Below, one piece after another: positions 30,550 to 40,978 of a stretch of 64,000 bases of DNA. The stretch covers positions 1,920,001-1,984,000 of the forward strand of contig OY729428.2 of NCBI GenBank assembly GCA_963422375.2, given 5' to 3'. The position numbers were made by a program, and so were the translations under genes. A model generated the notes under the pieces. It did not search any database. It saw only the letters and a list, made by a program, of their open reading frames with translations, and was not told the DNA's origin. Each line of letters begins with the position of its first letter. The stretch's first letter is position 1. The stretch is from Bryobacterales bacterium (lineage in GTDB: Bacteria; Acidobacteriota; Terriglobia; Bryobacterales; UBA6623).

Positions 30550-31692
30550 TCAGTCAAGCAGCTGCTTGGCAATCGTCTGCAGCTGCATGTTCGAGGTGCC
30601 CTCGTAGATGGTGCCGATCTTGGCGTCGCGGTAGAGCTTGGCGACGGGGTAGTCCTCAGTGAAACCGACACCTCCGAAGAAGTCCACGCAGCGGGCGGTG
30701 GCTCGCACCGCCATCTCCGAGGCGTGGTACTTCGCCATGGCAGCCTCCTTCAGGAAGGTCTTGCCGCTGTCCTTGAGCCGCGCCGCGTTCCAGACGAGCA
30801 ACCTGGCCGCCTCGACCTGCGTCGCGAGCTCCGCGACCTGGAACTGAATGCCTTGGAAGTCCGCAAGGCGTCGGCCGAACTGCTTGCGCTCCCGCAGGTA
30901 GGCAAGGGCGTGGCCGATGGCACCCTCGGCGATGCCCAGCATCTGCGCGCCGATCGCGATGCGCCCCTCGTTGAGCGCTTGGATGGCGATCCTGTAGCCC
31001 TTGCCGACCTCGCCGACAACGTTGGCTTCGGGCACGAAGCAGCTGTCGAGGAGGATCTCGCACGTCGACGACGCCCGGATGCCGAGCTTGTCCTCTTTCT
31101 TGCCGACGGTGAAGCCGGGGAACTCTCGCTCGACAAGGAACGCGGTGATGCCGCGGTACCCGGATTCCGGGCTGGCGTTCGCGAACACCAGGAAGAGTCC
31201 CGACTCCTTGGCGTTGGTGATCCAGAGCTTGCGGCCGTCGAGGACGAACCCGCCGTCGCAGCGCTGCGCGCGCGCCCGCATCGCGAACGCGTCGCTGCCG
31301 GAGCCTGTCTCCGAGAGAGCGTAGCTGCACACGGTGTCGCGGCATGCGCGGGGAAGGTACTTGCGCCTCTGCTGGACGGAGCCCCAGCGGAGCAGCGCGT
31401 TGACGACCAAGGTGTTCTGGACGTCGACTACCACCGAGACGGACGGGTCCACCCTCGAGAGAGCTTGGACCGCCAACACCGCGTCGAAGAACGTGCCGCC
31501 TTGTCCGCCCAGATTCTCGGGCACCTCGATGCCCATCAGGCCGGCCGCGAACAGCTGGTCGACGACATCCGGGCGCAACTCGCACGCCTCGTCCATGGCG
31601 CGAACGTGCGGGCTGACCTCCCGCTTTGCGAACTCAACAACGGAATCGAAGAATGCGGACTCGTCTTCGCTCAGTACGGAGAGGGCACCCAT
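30550..31692 (-). CDS. Acyl-CoA dehydrogenase (short/branched-chain type)
   Basis: YALSE..SGSDA, KLWITNA, KLGIRASST, LNEGRI, RKQFG, IYEGTSN.Q. Confidence 0.95.
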   Translation of the reverse strand: MGALSVLSEDESAFFDSVVEFAKREVSPHVRAMDEACELRPDVVDQLFAAGLMGIEVPENLGGQGGTFFDAVLAVQALSRVDPSVSVVVDVQNTLVVNALLRWGSVQQRRKYLPRACRDTVCSYALSETGSGSDAFAMRARAQRCDGGFVLDGRKLWITNAKESGLFLVFANASPESGYRGITAFLVEREFPGFTVGKKEDKLGIRASSTCEILLDSCFVPEANVVGEVGKGYRIAIQALNEGRIAIGAQMLGIAEGAIGHALAYLRERKQFGRRLADFQGIQFQVAELATQVEAARLLVWNAARLKDSGKTFLKEAAMAKYHASEMAVRATARCVDFFGGVGFTEDYPVAKLYRDAKIGTIYEGTSNMQLQTIAKQLLD

Positions 31693-31712
31693 CGACCGTG
31701 GTACGCCCTCCC

Positions 31713-32465
31713 TTACGACGCGATGCCGACAGGGCCTTCGTCCTCGCCTTCGTCCTCGCTCGGCGCCGGGAAGTAGACGATCAAACCGCAACTCTCGCAG
31801 GTGAGCACGCCCTCCTCGAGCTGGCGAAGGTCCTGCAGCACCTTCGGGCGCAGGCGAACGTGACAGGCCCCGCAACTCTCGCCGTTCACGGGGGCAGCGG
31901 AGATGCCTCGGGCCTTGCGTACCCGCTCGTAGATTCGCAACGTCCCCGCACCGATCCGAGCGACAACCGCCTTCCGGTCCTCTCGTCGCTTAGCGCGCTC
32001 CTGCTCGTCCGCAGCGATGCGCTCCTTCGTGAGCTCTACTTCCTCGGCGACCTTGGCGGTCTCGATCTCCAAGTCTGCCTCGGCCTTGGCGACGCTTGCC
32101 TCTAGGAACTCGGCCTGTTCCATCCTGTCAAGGATGTGCTCCTCGACCTCGTCGATCTTGTCCCGACAGAATTGGATCTCGTGCTGGAAGGCCCGGTACT
32201 GCTCGTTCGTCTTGGCAGAGTTGATCTGCTCCAGAAGCTTCGAGATCTTCTGGTTGCAGTCCGAGACCTGCCCCTCCAGGCTCCTGTGCTCCTTGGCGTT
32301 ATCGTCCAGCCGAGCGCGCTTCTGCGCCAATTCGTCCTTATGCGAGGCGAGCGTGGCTTCGATGCTGGCGATCTCCTTCGGCAGCCCGTCGATCTCGCGC
32401 GTGAGCACGTCGATCCTTCGGTCCACTTCCTGGAGCTGCAGTGCGAGCGAGAGGTCGGAGCCCAT
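31713..32465 (-). CDS. C4-type zinc ribbon coiled-coil protein (DUF164-like)
   Basis: LQEVD, long coiled coil, CGACH..TCESCG. Confidence 0.9.
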   Translation of the reverse strand: MGSDLSLALQLQEVDRRIDVLTREIDGLPKEIASIEATLASHKDELAQKRARLDDNAKEHRSLEGQVSDCNQKISKLLEQINSAKTNEQYRAFQHEIQFCRDKIDEVEEHILDRMEQAEFLEASVAKAEADLEIETAKVAEEVELTKERIAADEQERAKRREDRKAVVARIGAGTLRIYERVRKARGISAAPVNGESCGACHVRLRPKVLQDLRQLEEGVLTCESCGLIVYFPAPSEDEGEDEGPVGIAS

Positions 32466-32916
32466 CGATGCCGGAACCCGTCAGGCCGATTCTAGCACGC
32501 TCGGACAGGCTGGCGGGGTTGCTCTCGCCCGGTTCCAAACAGAGGCTTGCATGGTCCGGTCCGCACGCCGGCCGGCAGAGCGGGAGGCATGCCTGATCTC
32601 GGCCCCAGCCGCCTCATTGGACGGTCAGCTGGCGGTGCCCTAGCTGTCAGGCTGCGAGGCGTGACGCGGGTTCAGACTCGGCGAGACGCCTCGAGCTACG
32701 GCTAGGCCCGATTCGTCAGGGAATCTGCGGTCCACCGACTTCCGCCCCGCTGCATGGATCACGAGCCGTGCCGTCGCAGGAGTCTCGGTAAGGGGCCAAG
32801 AGGAACTCATTGACGCTTGGCTGCCCGGATCAGCGCGCCAAGGTAGCCCCCTGCCCTAAGCCGGCGAATCGGGAGAATACTTGCAGGCAAGCCAAGGCAA
32901 CCGCACACCATCGACC

Positions 32917-33348
32917 ATGGCGACTCGGATCATTCGTCCCGCGCCCATTCTCTTGGGAGGCTTGATCGCTGGCTCGCCCTAGAGGCAGTTGGTTCCGACC
33001 CAGCCTTCCGAGACGGGCGCTTGGGAGATGGTGAGCCAGAAGGTAGCAGGCGTTAGCGGAACTGAAGGCGCTCCTTCGACCGCGCCGGAGGGGACGCCCG
33101 GCAAAGGCGTGTTCGGCGACCTCTTCCTGTACAACAAGAAGACGGGAAAGATCTACCGAGTCTGGCAGACTGTTCCAATTCGATTCCAGAAACAGGCTCA
33201 CATTTCCCGAGATCGAGGGGTGGAGAGAGGCCCGGTCCAGCCGAAATTCCTTGCACAAATTGCACGGTCGTCTCCGAGCGTTCGCACCGTCCAATCGAAA
33301 TCTCGTGGTTTTCTGCTACACGCGCCTGCATGGAGGACAGGACTCTGA
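32917..33348 (+). pseudogene. Possible degraded small secreted protein
   Basis: MATRIIRPAPILLGGLIAGSP, in-frame TAG, then ..GDLFLYNKKTGKIYRVW. Confidence 0.3.
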
Positions 33349-33856
33349 AGTCACGCTTGACGCACCGAGAAAATTCACAAGCAATTCCCGAGATCGGCGG
33401 AACGACGCCCGTCTCGCTTGCTCTTTCGCGGTTCCGAGGCGGGCCCACTCGGCTGGAGCCCTCATCCTAGCCGTCGAACTAGCCGTCGAACGGTCACGGC
33501 CGGGCCGAGAGCCCGTTCCGGGGCTACTGGACGGGGTGTCACGCGCCTCAACGACGGCGAAACCGGTCCGTTCCGTTCCCAGCCAAGGCCGCTTGCGCCT
33601 GCCGGGATTTTCCGGTCTTTCGGAGCCGTCTCATATCGCGGTATCGCCAGTGAGACGACGACGGGGCGTCTGAGGCTGGAAGGACTGCACGGCGGCGCTC
33701 CATGTAGAATCGGACGATTTTCCAAGCCTGTAGATCCCGATTCCCCAGTCAAGCGATAGCCCCAACGTGAATTGGCAAGCGCTTTCCCACCTCGCAGACG
33801 TCTCCGTCGGAGGACTTGGATCTATTTCTAGACGTGCCGACCAGTATCGGCCCTAA

Positions 33857-34876
33857 TCAATCGCCGGCCCTGGGCTGCATGGAGTACCGGGACAATGTTC
33901 TGATTCCAGTTCCGGCAACCGAAAGCACTCCCGGCAGCACCTTGGCTGCGAGCGGCAGCTGGCCGATGGCCTCTCCGTCTACTTCGGCTAGGACGGGGTC
34001 ATCGGATGTCGCCTCAACGGCCCGTACCCGGTAATGGCGGCACTTGGGGTGCGAGTAGATCTTTCCTGAGTAGAGAAGCGGAATCGACCTGAGGAAGCTC
34101 GGAATGCTCGTCTGCTCGATCACAGTGACGTCGATGTGACCCGAGTCGAGTTCCGCTAGCGGGCACATGTTCATGCCGCCACCTTGGTGCGAACCGTTGC
34201 CGATGGCTACCTGAAGCACTCGAACATGCCTGCCGGGAACCTCCCCGTCCAAGTTCAGGCGAACCTGCGTGGGGCGGAAGCGGAAGAATGTCACTGCCGT
34301 CGCCCACAGGAACGCTGCACGCCCGTCGACTGCCGTCAGGAAGTTGCTCTTCGCAGCGAGGCTGACGACTCCGCCCATGCCGAAGCTTGTGACATTCGCG
34401 AAGCACCGTTCGACCGTCGCGCCGTCAGGACCTGCCAAGCGAACCTGGCAGGCATCGAACTTGCGCAGTGGATTCGAGGCGATAGCCTTGACCGCCTCTT
34501 GAGGGGAAGCCGGGATCCTCGCCGAAATCTTGAAGTCCCCGCCCGTCCCCAGCGGGCACAGGCCGAGGGATGCGTTCGGATTGATCGGGCTTCCCCGGCT
34601 GAGATAGCCGTTAACGACCTCGTTGAACGTGCCGTCGCCGCCGACGGCGACCACTAGCTCGGCTCCGTTCCGAATCGCTTCGCGGGCCAGCGCGGTAGCG
34701 TGATTGGGGGCCTCGGTGAACCGGACGTCCACCGGCCCTAGGACCGCTTCGAAGATCGGACGCAAGCCTGGCCAGCGACGCCCGGCCCTTCCGCTCGCGG
34801 CCCGCGGGTTCAGAATCGCGCAGGGCCTACCGAACCGGCGGCCGCCGACGGGCCGACCTATTGCGGCGCTGTCCAT
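33857..34876 (-). CDS. Diacylglycerol kinase family lipid kinase (YegS-like)
   Basis: ILNP.AASG, AVGGDGTFNEVVNG, PLGTGGDF, GNG..GGG, VDGE. Confidence 0.92.
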   Translation of the reverse strand: MDSAAIGRPVGGRRFGRPCAILNPRAASGRAGRRWPGLRPIFEAVLGPVDVRFTEAPNHATALAREAIRNGAELVVAVGGDGTFNEVVNGYLSRGSPINPNASLGLCPLGTGGDFKISARIPASPQEAVKAIASNPLRKFDACQVRLAGPDGATVERCFANVTSFGMGGVVSLAAKSNFLTAVDGRAAFLWATAVTFFRFRPTQVRLNLDGEVPGRHVRVLQVAIGNGSHQGGGMNMCPLAELDSGHIDVTVIEQTSIPSFLRSIPLLYSGKIYSHPKCRHYRVRAVEATSDDPVLAEVDGEAIGQLPLAAKVLPGVLSVAGTGIRTLSRYSMQPRAGD

Positions 34877-35073
34877 CCGGGGCGGCCGCCGCACCGGAGG
34901 CAGCGTACGTTCGAGAAGATCTCGTCCCAGTCGCCGTCTTCGGCGACGTAGTCCAAGATGCATCGCAGGGCCTTGTCCCGGTTCCGCAAGCCGTACTGAC
35001 GCGCTGCTTCGTCCAGCATCTGGAGCAGGTCCGCCTGCATGTCGAAGGTGGTTTGTTGTTTGATGCCGGCCAT
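34858..35073 (-). CDS. Small hypothetical protein (ribbon-helix-helix-like with CxxC)
   Basis: MAGIKQQTTFDMQAD..KALRCILDY..RCLRC; GGAGAG upstream; operonic position. Confidence 0.7.
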   Translation of the reverse strand: MAGIKQQTTFDMQADLLQMLDEAARQYGLRNRDKALRCILDYVAEDGDWDEIFSNVRCLRCGGRPGWTAPQ

Positions 35074-35093
35074 TTCGGTTCTCGCAATCTCTC

Positions 35094-36083
35094 CTAAGCC
35101 ACGCCTGCCGACCTCAGAAATGCAACCGTGTCTCGCAGCGTCTCGTCGGCGGGTCTTGTCTCGAATCCCAGTTCCCGTTGCGCCTTCGCTGAATTGCAAT
35201 ACCAAAATAGCGAAGACATGCGGATCGTGGCGTCGTCCAGCTCAAAGGTCTTGCCCATGAGGGGGTAGAGCGCCCTCAGGGCCGACGCGCCCATGCGCGC
35301 GGCACGCTCGGGGAGCTGGAAGCGCGGTGCCGACACGCCGGCGACCCGCGCCGTCTGGGCGATCCATTCCCTAAAGGTCAGGTTCTCTCCGCCGAGCAAG
35401 TAGCGCTCGCCGACCGCGCCCTTTCGCATGGCCCCGACAAGGCCCGCCGCAGCGTCGCGCACGTCCACGAGGTTGAGGCCCCCTGAGGGGATCACCTTGA
35501 TTTGGCCCTTGAGGAAGAGACGGATGTCGTTTGTCGACGAAAAGCGGTCGTCGCCGCTCCCGAGGAGCAGGCTTGGGTTGACAATGACGACGGGAAGCTT
35601 GCGATGCTCGCAGTACCAGAGCGCCTGCTTCTCTTGGTAGATCTTGCTGAGGTAGTACGGCCACGGCTGCACCACCGCCTGCTTGAAGCCGGATTCCTCC
35701 GTGTGGATCACGGCCTCCCTGCTGACCGCAACCGTGCCTGAAGACGACACCACCACGCATCGCCGGGGCCCCGCGGACCGCATGGCCTCGCACAGGTTGC
35801 GGGTGCCGTCCACGTGGAGGCGGAAGGCCGTCCAAGGATCGCTCGGGGAGCGATCCACGTGGCCGGCGCAGTGGTACACCTCGTCGGCGCCGGCAAGCGC
35901 GGAATTGATATCGGACGGCCTCGTGATGTCGCCGCGCACGCTCTCGACGCGCCCGTCGCTGTCCCCGGCGAACGCGGACCTGGAGAAGGCCCGGACACGC
36001 AAGGTGGAATCCGACTCCAGCAGCAGCCGGACTAGGTGCTTGCCGAGAAAGCCGCTGGCACCGGTAACGAGAACCGTATGCAT
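35094..36083 (-). CDS. NAD-dependent epimerase/dehydratase (HpnA/dihydroflavonol reductase-like)
   Basis: VTGASGFLG, HCAG, SS, YYLSK, VDVRD. Confidence 0.9.
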   Translation of the reverse strand: MHTVLVTGASGFLGKHLVRLLLESDSTLRVRAFSRSAFAGDSDGRVESVRGDITRPSDINSALAGADEVYHCAGHVDRSPSDPWTAFRLHVDGTRNLCEAMRSAGPRRCVVVSSSGTVAVSREAVIHTEESGFKQAVVQPWPYYLSKIYQEKQALWYCEHRKLPVVIVNPSLLLGSGDDRFSSTNDIRLFLKGQIKVIPSGGLNLVDVRDAAAGLVGAMRKGAVGERYLLGGENLTFREWIAQTARVAGVSAPRFQLPERAARMGASALRALYPLMGKTFELDDATIRMSSLFWYCNSAKAQRELGFETRPADETLRDTVAFLRSAGVA

Positions 36084-36110
36084 CCAACCGAACCGACTCC
36101 TAGCGGAATC

Positions 36111-36863
36111 TCAGCCGCCCGCCAGCTTCTTGAGTCCCTCGAATGTGAATTCCGGGGACCGGCAGTAGTCGATGATGCGATGCTCGCGCTCGAAAATGCG
36201 AGCTGCTGCATCGGGGATCTTAGCGGCCACGGAGATTGGCACCAAATGTACCCCGTGACGGTCGGCGTGGACCAGGTCTCCCGGCTTGACGGTAAGTCCA
36301 CCGACATTCACAGCCTTGCCGAACTCCACTTGGTGGACGTAGGCGTGGGAAACGACGACGTGACGGGCGTAGTAGTGAAAGCCTATCTCGCGAACTTCCT
36401 TGAGATCGCGGACTCCGCCGTTGGTCACGACGCCGAGGCACCCGAGCGCTTGGTGGATGCTGCCGTTCACCTCGCCCCAAAAGGACCCAACGCGCGCAGG
36501 ATCGTCCACATCCTCGATGACGACGACACGCGGCGGCGGAATGGAGACGATGAAATCCCACCAGTCCGTGCGTTGCACGTAGCTGGCCGACTGCGCGCGG
36601 GGCTCGTTGGCTTGGATCTGGCAGGTCACCGCGTATCCGGCGATCGACGGGAAGTCCGGGAAGACCGATCGGATCTCCGGGCTCATGAAGCCCTCGTTCC
36701 GCGACCTGACGTCGAAGGTCTCAATCGCGTTCGCGACTGTCGGCGTATCGAGTCGGGCGACGGCGAGCGAGAGCGGGGCCGCCGGGGTGGAAGCTGAGAC
36801 GGTAGCCGTCGCGACGGCAGCGACGGTAGCCGCAGACATCCCAACGAATCTCCTTCTCTCCAT
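36111..36863 (-). CDS. RraA / HMG-aldolase family protein with twin-Arg leader
   Basis: DTPTVANAIE, GYAVT, WGEV, VTNGGVRD, PGDLVHADRHG. Confidence 0.88.
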   Translation of the reverse strand: MERRRFVGMSAATVAAVATATVSASTPAAPLSLAVARLDTPTVANAIETFDVRSRNEGFMSPEIRSVFPDFPSIAGYAVTCQIQANEPRAQSASYVQRTDWWDFIVSIPPPRVVVIEDVDDPARVGSFWGEVNGSIHQALGCLGVVTNGGVRDLKEVREIGFHYYARHVVVSHAYVHQVEFGKAVNVGGLTVKPGDLVHADRHGVHLVPISVAAKIPDAAARIFEREHRIIDYCRSPEFTFEGLKKLAGG

Positions 36864-37640
36864 GCAATGGGCCTCCCTGCCCCACACCCGTATCACATGA
36901 GTCTACAACAGGGTGGCAGAGCTCGGCTGGACGCGTGCGTCTCGCAGCTTGGCTCGGCTCACGGCCGGCTGTCCGGAAGGGCAAGCCGGTGCCCGGGGTG
37001 CCGCCGGGCGCCGTGGGTCGCGACACGGGTCGGGCTCGAACCGCGCAAGCAGGGCTGCCGAGCGCCCGCATCCTGAAATCCACCCAAGTCGCGCCGGCGG
37101 AGGGAGTCCTAGTGAGCCTGTCAGCTCGATCCCCGCTGAACTTCACCGATCCTTGGATTCGACTGCCCGTAAAGTATTCCTATACAACGGGTCACAGAAA
37201 CTATGCGGGTGCGGGCGGCGCTACGAGGCTTTCGATCAGCCGCTTGCGGATCGGTAAACCCGACAGCTGCTGCCGGTGCATCGCAGGCTCCTCTCCCGCC
37301 GTCCGCGCGGCCGCTGTCGGCGGGCGCGTCTCTTAGCGGTTCCCGGTGATGCGAGCACCGAACCTCCGCGAGATCATTGGAAGGCCGGGCGACCTAGTCT
37401 TCGAGCCCCTCGCCTAGCACGTGAAGATCGCGTCAAGCCCGGACTCCGTCGACACCACGGCTAGCGCGGGTGCCGCGCCAACCTCCGGAACGCATCCTCG
37501 CATCATATCGCGACACGAACCCGGTGAGGCCCGAACGTCCGGCCTGCGTGAGATTGGGTCGGCTAGTGGAGATTGGAGATTGCTATACTTCGTGCGCCCG
37601 GGGAGCTCGGCTCTCGGGGCTCGTCAGGCAGGGAGGCTCC

Positions 37641-40600
37641 ATGCACCGCACTGTTTCAATGCTGGCCATTCTAGCTGCGCTCGCGGGCGGCATCGCTCGC
37701 GCGCAGTTCAGCGGTGGCGTCGAGGGCTTCGTGAAGGACGGGACGGGCGCTGTGATTCCCGGCGCCGATGTGCTGGTTACCGACGAGAATCTAGGCCTCG
37801 AGCGCGAGATCAGTTCCAACGAAACCGGATTCTTCCGGGTGGGTGAACTCCCGGCCGGCTCCTATGCCGTCAGCGTAGCCTCCCCTGGATTCGTCACCTG
37901 GTCCACGACCGGGCTGCCGGTGCGCAGCAACGAGACGCGGACGCTCTACCCGGAACTGCAGATCGGCGAGGTGACGACCTCGATCACGATTGAGGCGGAT
38001 ACGAGCGCGGTCAACACGACCGAGGTAGACAACACCAACTACATCGACGAGGAGTCGCTGAAGAACCAACCCCTGCCGCGCAACACGATTTGGCAGCTGT
38101 CGACCCTCGTTCCGGGCGTCACCGGGTCGGGCGAGACGAGCGCAACCAACGGTGCATTCGTCGACAACTATCAGGGAGAGATGGGATTGCGCATCAACGC
38201 CTCCGGGCAGCGGCAAGGCGCCAATCTCGTCATGCTGAACGGGAGCTACGCCGAGGTGCCGTCGCGGGACGGCACGTTCATGGTCAGCCCGATCCCGGAC
38301 TCGCTCCAGGAATTCCGTGTCGAGGCCCAGAACTTCTCGGCGGCGAAAGGCCGGTCGTCCGGCGCCTTCCTAGAACTGGTCACCAAGTCCGGGACCAACG
38401 AGCTGCACGGAACCATGGGCTACCTGTACACCAATAACAGCCTGACTGCTCGCACGATCGCCCAGGGTACGATCACGGACTTCGCCCAGAAGAACTTCTG
38501 GGCGACCGCGGGCGGGCCGATCAAGCGCAACCGGACATTCGTGTTCGGAGCCTTCGACTTCCTGCGAGCAAGCACCTCCACGACCACGGTTGGGGTCGCC
38601 GAGACGCCGGAGTTCCGAAACTACGTGACAACCAACTTTCCGCAGTCTACCGCTTCCAAGATATTCGCGCTTTCCCCTGCGATCGACCCGTCGAGCGACG
38701 TGATCACGGTGGGTGAACTCAAGCAGCGCAATCCCGGGCAGTTCGATGCCACGTCCACGATTCCGGATTCCCTCCCGGCCGTCGGCACGGTCAATGCAAA
38801 CGCCTCCGTGCCGCGACAGGGCGAGCAGTTCCAAGTTCGGGTGGACCATCACTTCGGCGCTAACGACCGGCTGTTCGGCTATTTCTACAAGTCCGACGGG
38901 AAAAGGCAGTTTGCCAGCCTGATCCGCCCCGCATACACGCGGTGGTCGCCGGTGCTCAACACGTGGACAAAGTTCGACTGGAATCACGTCTTCTCGGCGA
39001 CCTTCATGAACAGCATGGGCTTCCGCTACTCGAGGCAGACGGGCGAGCAGCAGGCCGCCCTGGGCGACGGTGCCGTGGACGTACCGAATATCGGCATCTC
39101 CGGGACGCAGGGATTCGGCGCCTGGGGACCGGGCGGATGGACGACGCCGACTTGGGAATGGCGCGACATGGCCACCCTGAACAAGGGCAAGCACACCCTG
39201 CAGTTCGGAGGCGAGTACGTCCGACCGGACGACACGGTTCCGTGGCGCAAGACGCTGACCCGGCCCACGTTCAGCTTCGCCAGCCTGCTCGACTTCGCGC
39301 AGGACAAGCCGACGTCGCAATTCGGACCCGCGGTCAACCTAGCGACCGGCGAGGTGGGCGGAGCGTATCTCAGCTACCACACGTCATTCACCGGCCTTTT
39401 CCTGCAAGACAACTGGCGCCTGCGGCCCGGCTTCTCGCTGAACCTCGGCATCCGGGTCGACAACTATGGCGAGGGCATCCGCTATACGGAGGCATCGGAC
39501 CAGGGCTGCTACCTGTTCGCGGGGCAGGGCTCGGACTCGATGGAGCGGATCGCGAACGGTTACGCCGAGTGCAGGCAGACCGCCACCGACAAGCTGCCCT
39601 GGCTGATCAGCCCGCGCATGGGGTTCGCCTGGGACGTGTTCAACAACGGTTCGCTGTCGGTCCGAGGCGGGTACGGCATGTACCGCGACCGAATCGCGCA
39701 GAACTGGTTCTCGACGCTCAACCTGCTCGGCCCGCCTGCCACGGCGACGCCCAGCTTGAGCGTGCTGCAAGGCGACGCGCTGACGTATGGTCTCGGGAAC
39801 TGGGGCGACCTCGACGCGCTCGCCCAGGACGCCGCCCCGGACATCTGGCCGAAGCCGAACGTGACCTACGAGCTGAACGAGAGGGGCGGCGTGCAGGGAC
39901 TGCGCTCTAGCATCCTGAGCGTCGACCAGAACATGAAGATCCCCACGGCGCACAGCTGGATGCTTAGCGTCCAGAAGCGTCTCGGGCCGGATTCCATGGC
40001 CGAGGTGAACTACACCGGTTCCGCGGACCACAACCTGACCGTCCACAGCGATATCAACCGCTTCGCGGGAGACCTGCTGGACGGGCGCCTGGACCGGCTC
40101 AATCCGTTCTTTGGCTCCGTGCAGCGCCGCTGGACGGGGGCCAACTCGAATGCGCACCTGCTCTCGCTGATGTTCCACAAGCGCCACACCCGAGGCCTCT
40201 CGATGCGCGCCGTTTACACCTATGCCAAGGTCTTGGACCACTTCAGCACGAGCGGCCTGCCGCAGGCGTCGGTCCCGTCCACTCCGGTCTTCGATGTCTG
40301 GAACCTGCGTGCGCAGCGCGGCCGGGCCGATTTCGACATCCGGCAGCGCCTGACGTTCGACGCGATGTGGGAGGTCCGCGTGGCCGAGGGCGCCATGGCT
40401 CCGGGCTTGCGGTCGATCATCAATGGCTGGCGTCTGGGCACTGTGGGCGTGATGCAGTCCGGCCTGCCCTTCTCGGTCCTGACGTCCGCTTCCTATCCCG
40501 CGGGCGACTTCAACGCCGACGGGCTCAACAGCGATCTCCCGAACGCCCCGGCGTTCGGCAATTCCGTCAGCGGCGCGTCACGGAGTGGCTACCTGACCGG

Positions 40601-40895
40601 GCTTTTCCGGGCGTCGGACTTTCCTGCGCCCTCCGGGGGCCAGCAGGGCAATCTGGGGCGGAACACGTTCTCGCACCCGGGCCTTTTCAACGTCAGCCTG
40701 TTGATCTCGCGGGAATTCGGATTGCCGGGCCTTTCCGAAGACACGATCCTGCAACTGAGGGGAGAGATATTCAATGTCATCAACCGGGCCAATCTCGACC
40801 GCGTCGTCAACAACATGACGAGCGGGCTGTTCGGCAGGGTCACGAATTCCATCGGCCCGCGCTCGGCGCAGATCGGATTGCGCCTGCAGTTCTGA
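37641..40895 (+). CDS. TonB-dependent receptor, Oar-like
   Basis: GGAGG Shine-Dalgarno before the ATG, G.VKDGTGAVIPGA, EFRVE..FSA..GR, TKSGTN..HG, C-terminal GLRLQF. Confidence 0.92.
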   Translation: MHRTVSMLAILAALAGGIARAQFSGGVEGFVKDGTGAVIPGADVLVTDENLGLEREISSNETGFFRVGELPAGSYAVSVASPGFVTWSTTGLPVRSNETRTLYPELQIGEVTTSITIEADTSAVNTTEVDNTNYIDEESLKNQPLPRNTIWQLSTLVPGVTGSGETSATNGAFVDNYQGEMGLRINASGQRQGANLVMLNGSYAEVPSRDGTFMVSPIPDSLQEFRVEAQNFSAAKGRSSGAFLELVTKSGTNELHGTMGYLYTNNSLTARTIAQGTITDFAQKNFWATAGGPIKRNRTFVFGAFDFLRASTSTTTVGVAETPEFRNYVTTNFPQSTASKIFALSPAIDPSSDVITVGELKQRNPGQFDATSTIPDSLPAVGTVNANASVPRQGEQFQVRVDHHFGANDRLFGYFYKSDGKRQFASLIRPAYTRWSPVLNTWTKFDWNHVFSATFMNSMGFRYSRQTGEQQAALGDGAVDVPNIGISGTQGFGAWGPGGWTTPTWEWRDMATLNKGKHTLQFGGEYVRPDDTVPWRKTLTRPTFSFASLLDFAQDKPTSQFGPAVNLATGEVGGAYLSYHTSFTGLFLQDNWRLRPGFSLNLGIRVDNYGEGIRYTEASDQGCYLFAGQGSDSMERIANGYAECRQTATDKLPWLISPRMGFAWDVFNNGSLSVRGGYGMYRDRIAQNWFSTLNLLGPPATATPSLSVLQGDALTYGLGNWGDLDALAQDAAPDIWPKPNVTYELNERGGVQGLRSSILSVDQNMKIPTAHSWMLSVQKRLGPDSMAEVNYTGSADHNLTVHSDINRFAGDLLDGRLDRLNPFFGSVQRRWTGANSNAHLLSLMFHKRHTRGLSMRAVYTYAKVLDHFSTSGLPQASVPSTPVFDVWNLRAQRGRADFDIRQRLTFDAMWEVRVAEGAMAPGLRSIINGWRLGTVGVMQSGLPFSVLTSASYPAGDFNADGLNSDLPNAPAFGNSVSGASRSGYLTGLFRASDFPAPSGGQQGNLGRNTFSHPGLFNVSLLISREFGLPGLSEDTILQLRGEIFNVINRANLDRVVNNMTSGLFGRVTNSIGPRSAQIGLRLQF

Positions 40896-40978
40896 GCGCG
40901 ACGCGGCGAATCCCGTGAAGGCCGTGCGCGCAGCCGACGCGGCTCCCGAGAGCGGTCGCAGCCTTGGCGGAAATCGTG

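Noticed and set aside
32466..32900. RNase P RNA or other ncRNA next to the zinc ribbon gene
   Set aside because: The conserved GAGGAAAGUCC and 3' signature sequences are absent.
33467..33490. Tandem 12-mer CTAGCCGTCGAA as a CRISPR or repeat array
   Set aside because: Only two adjacent copies with no spacers.
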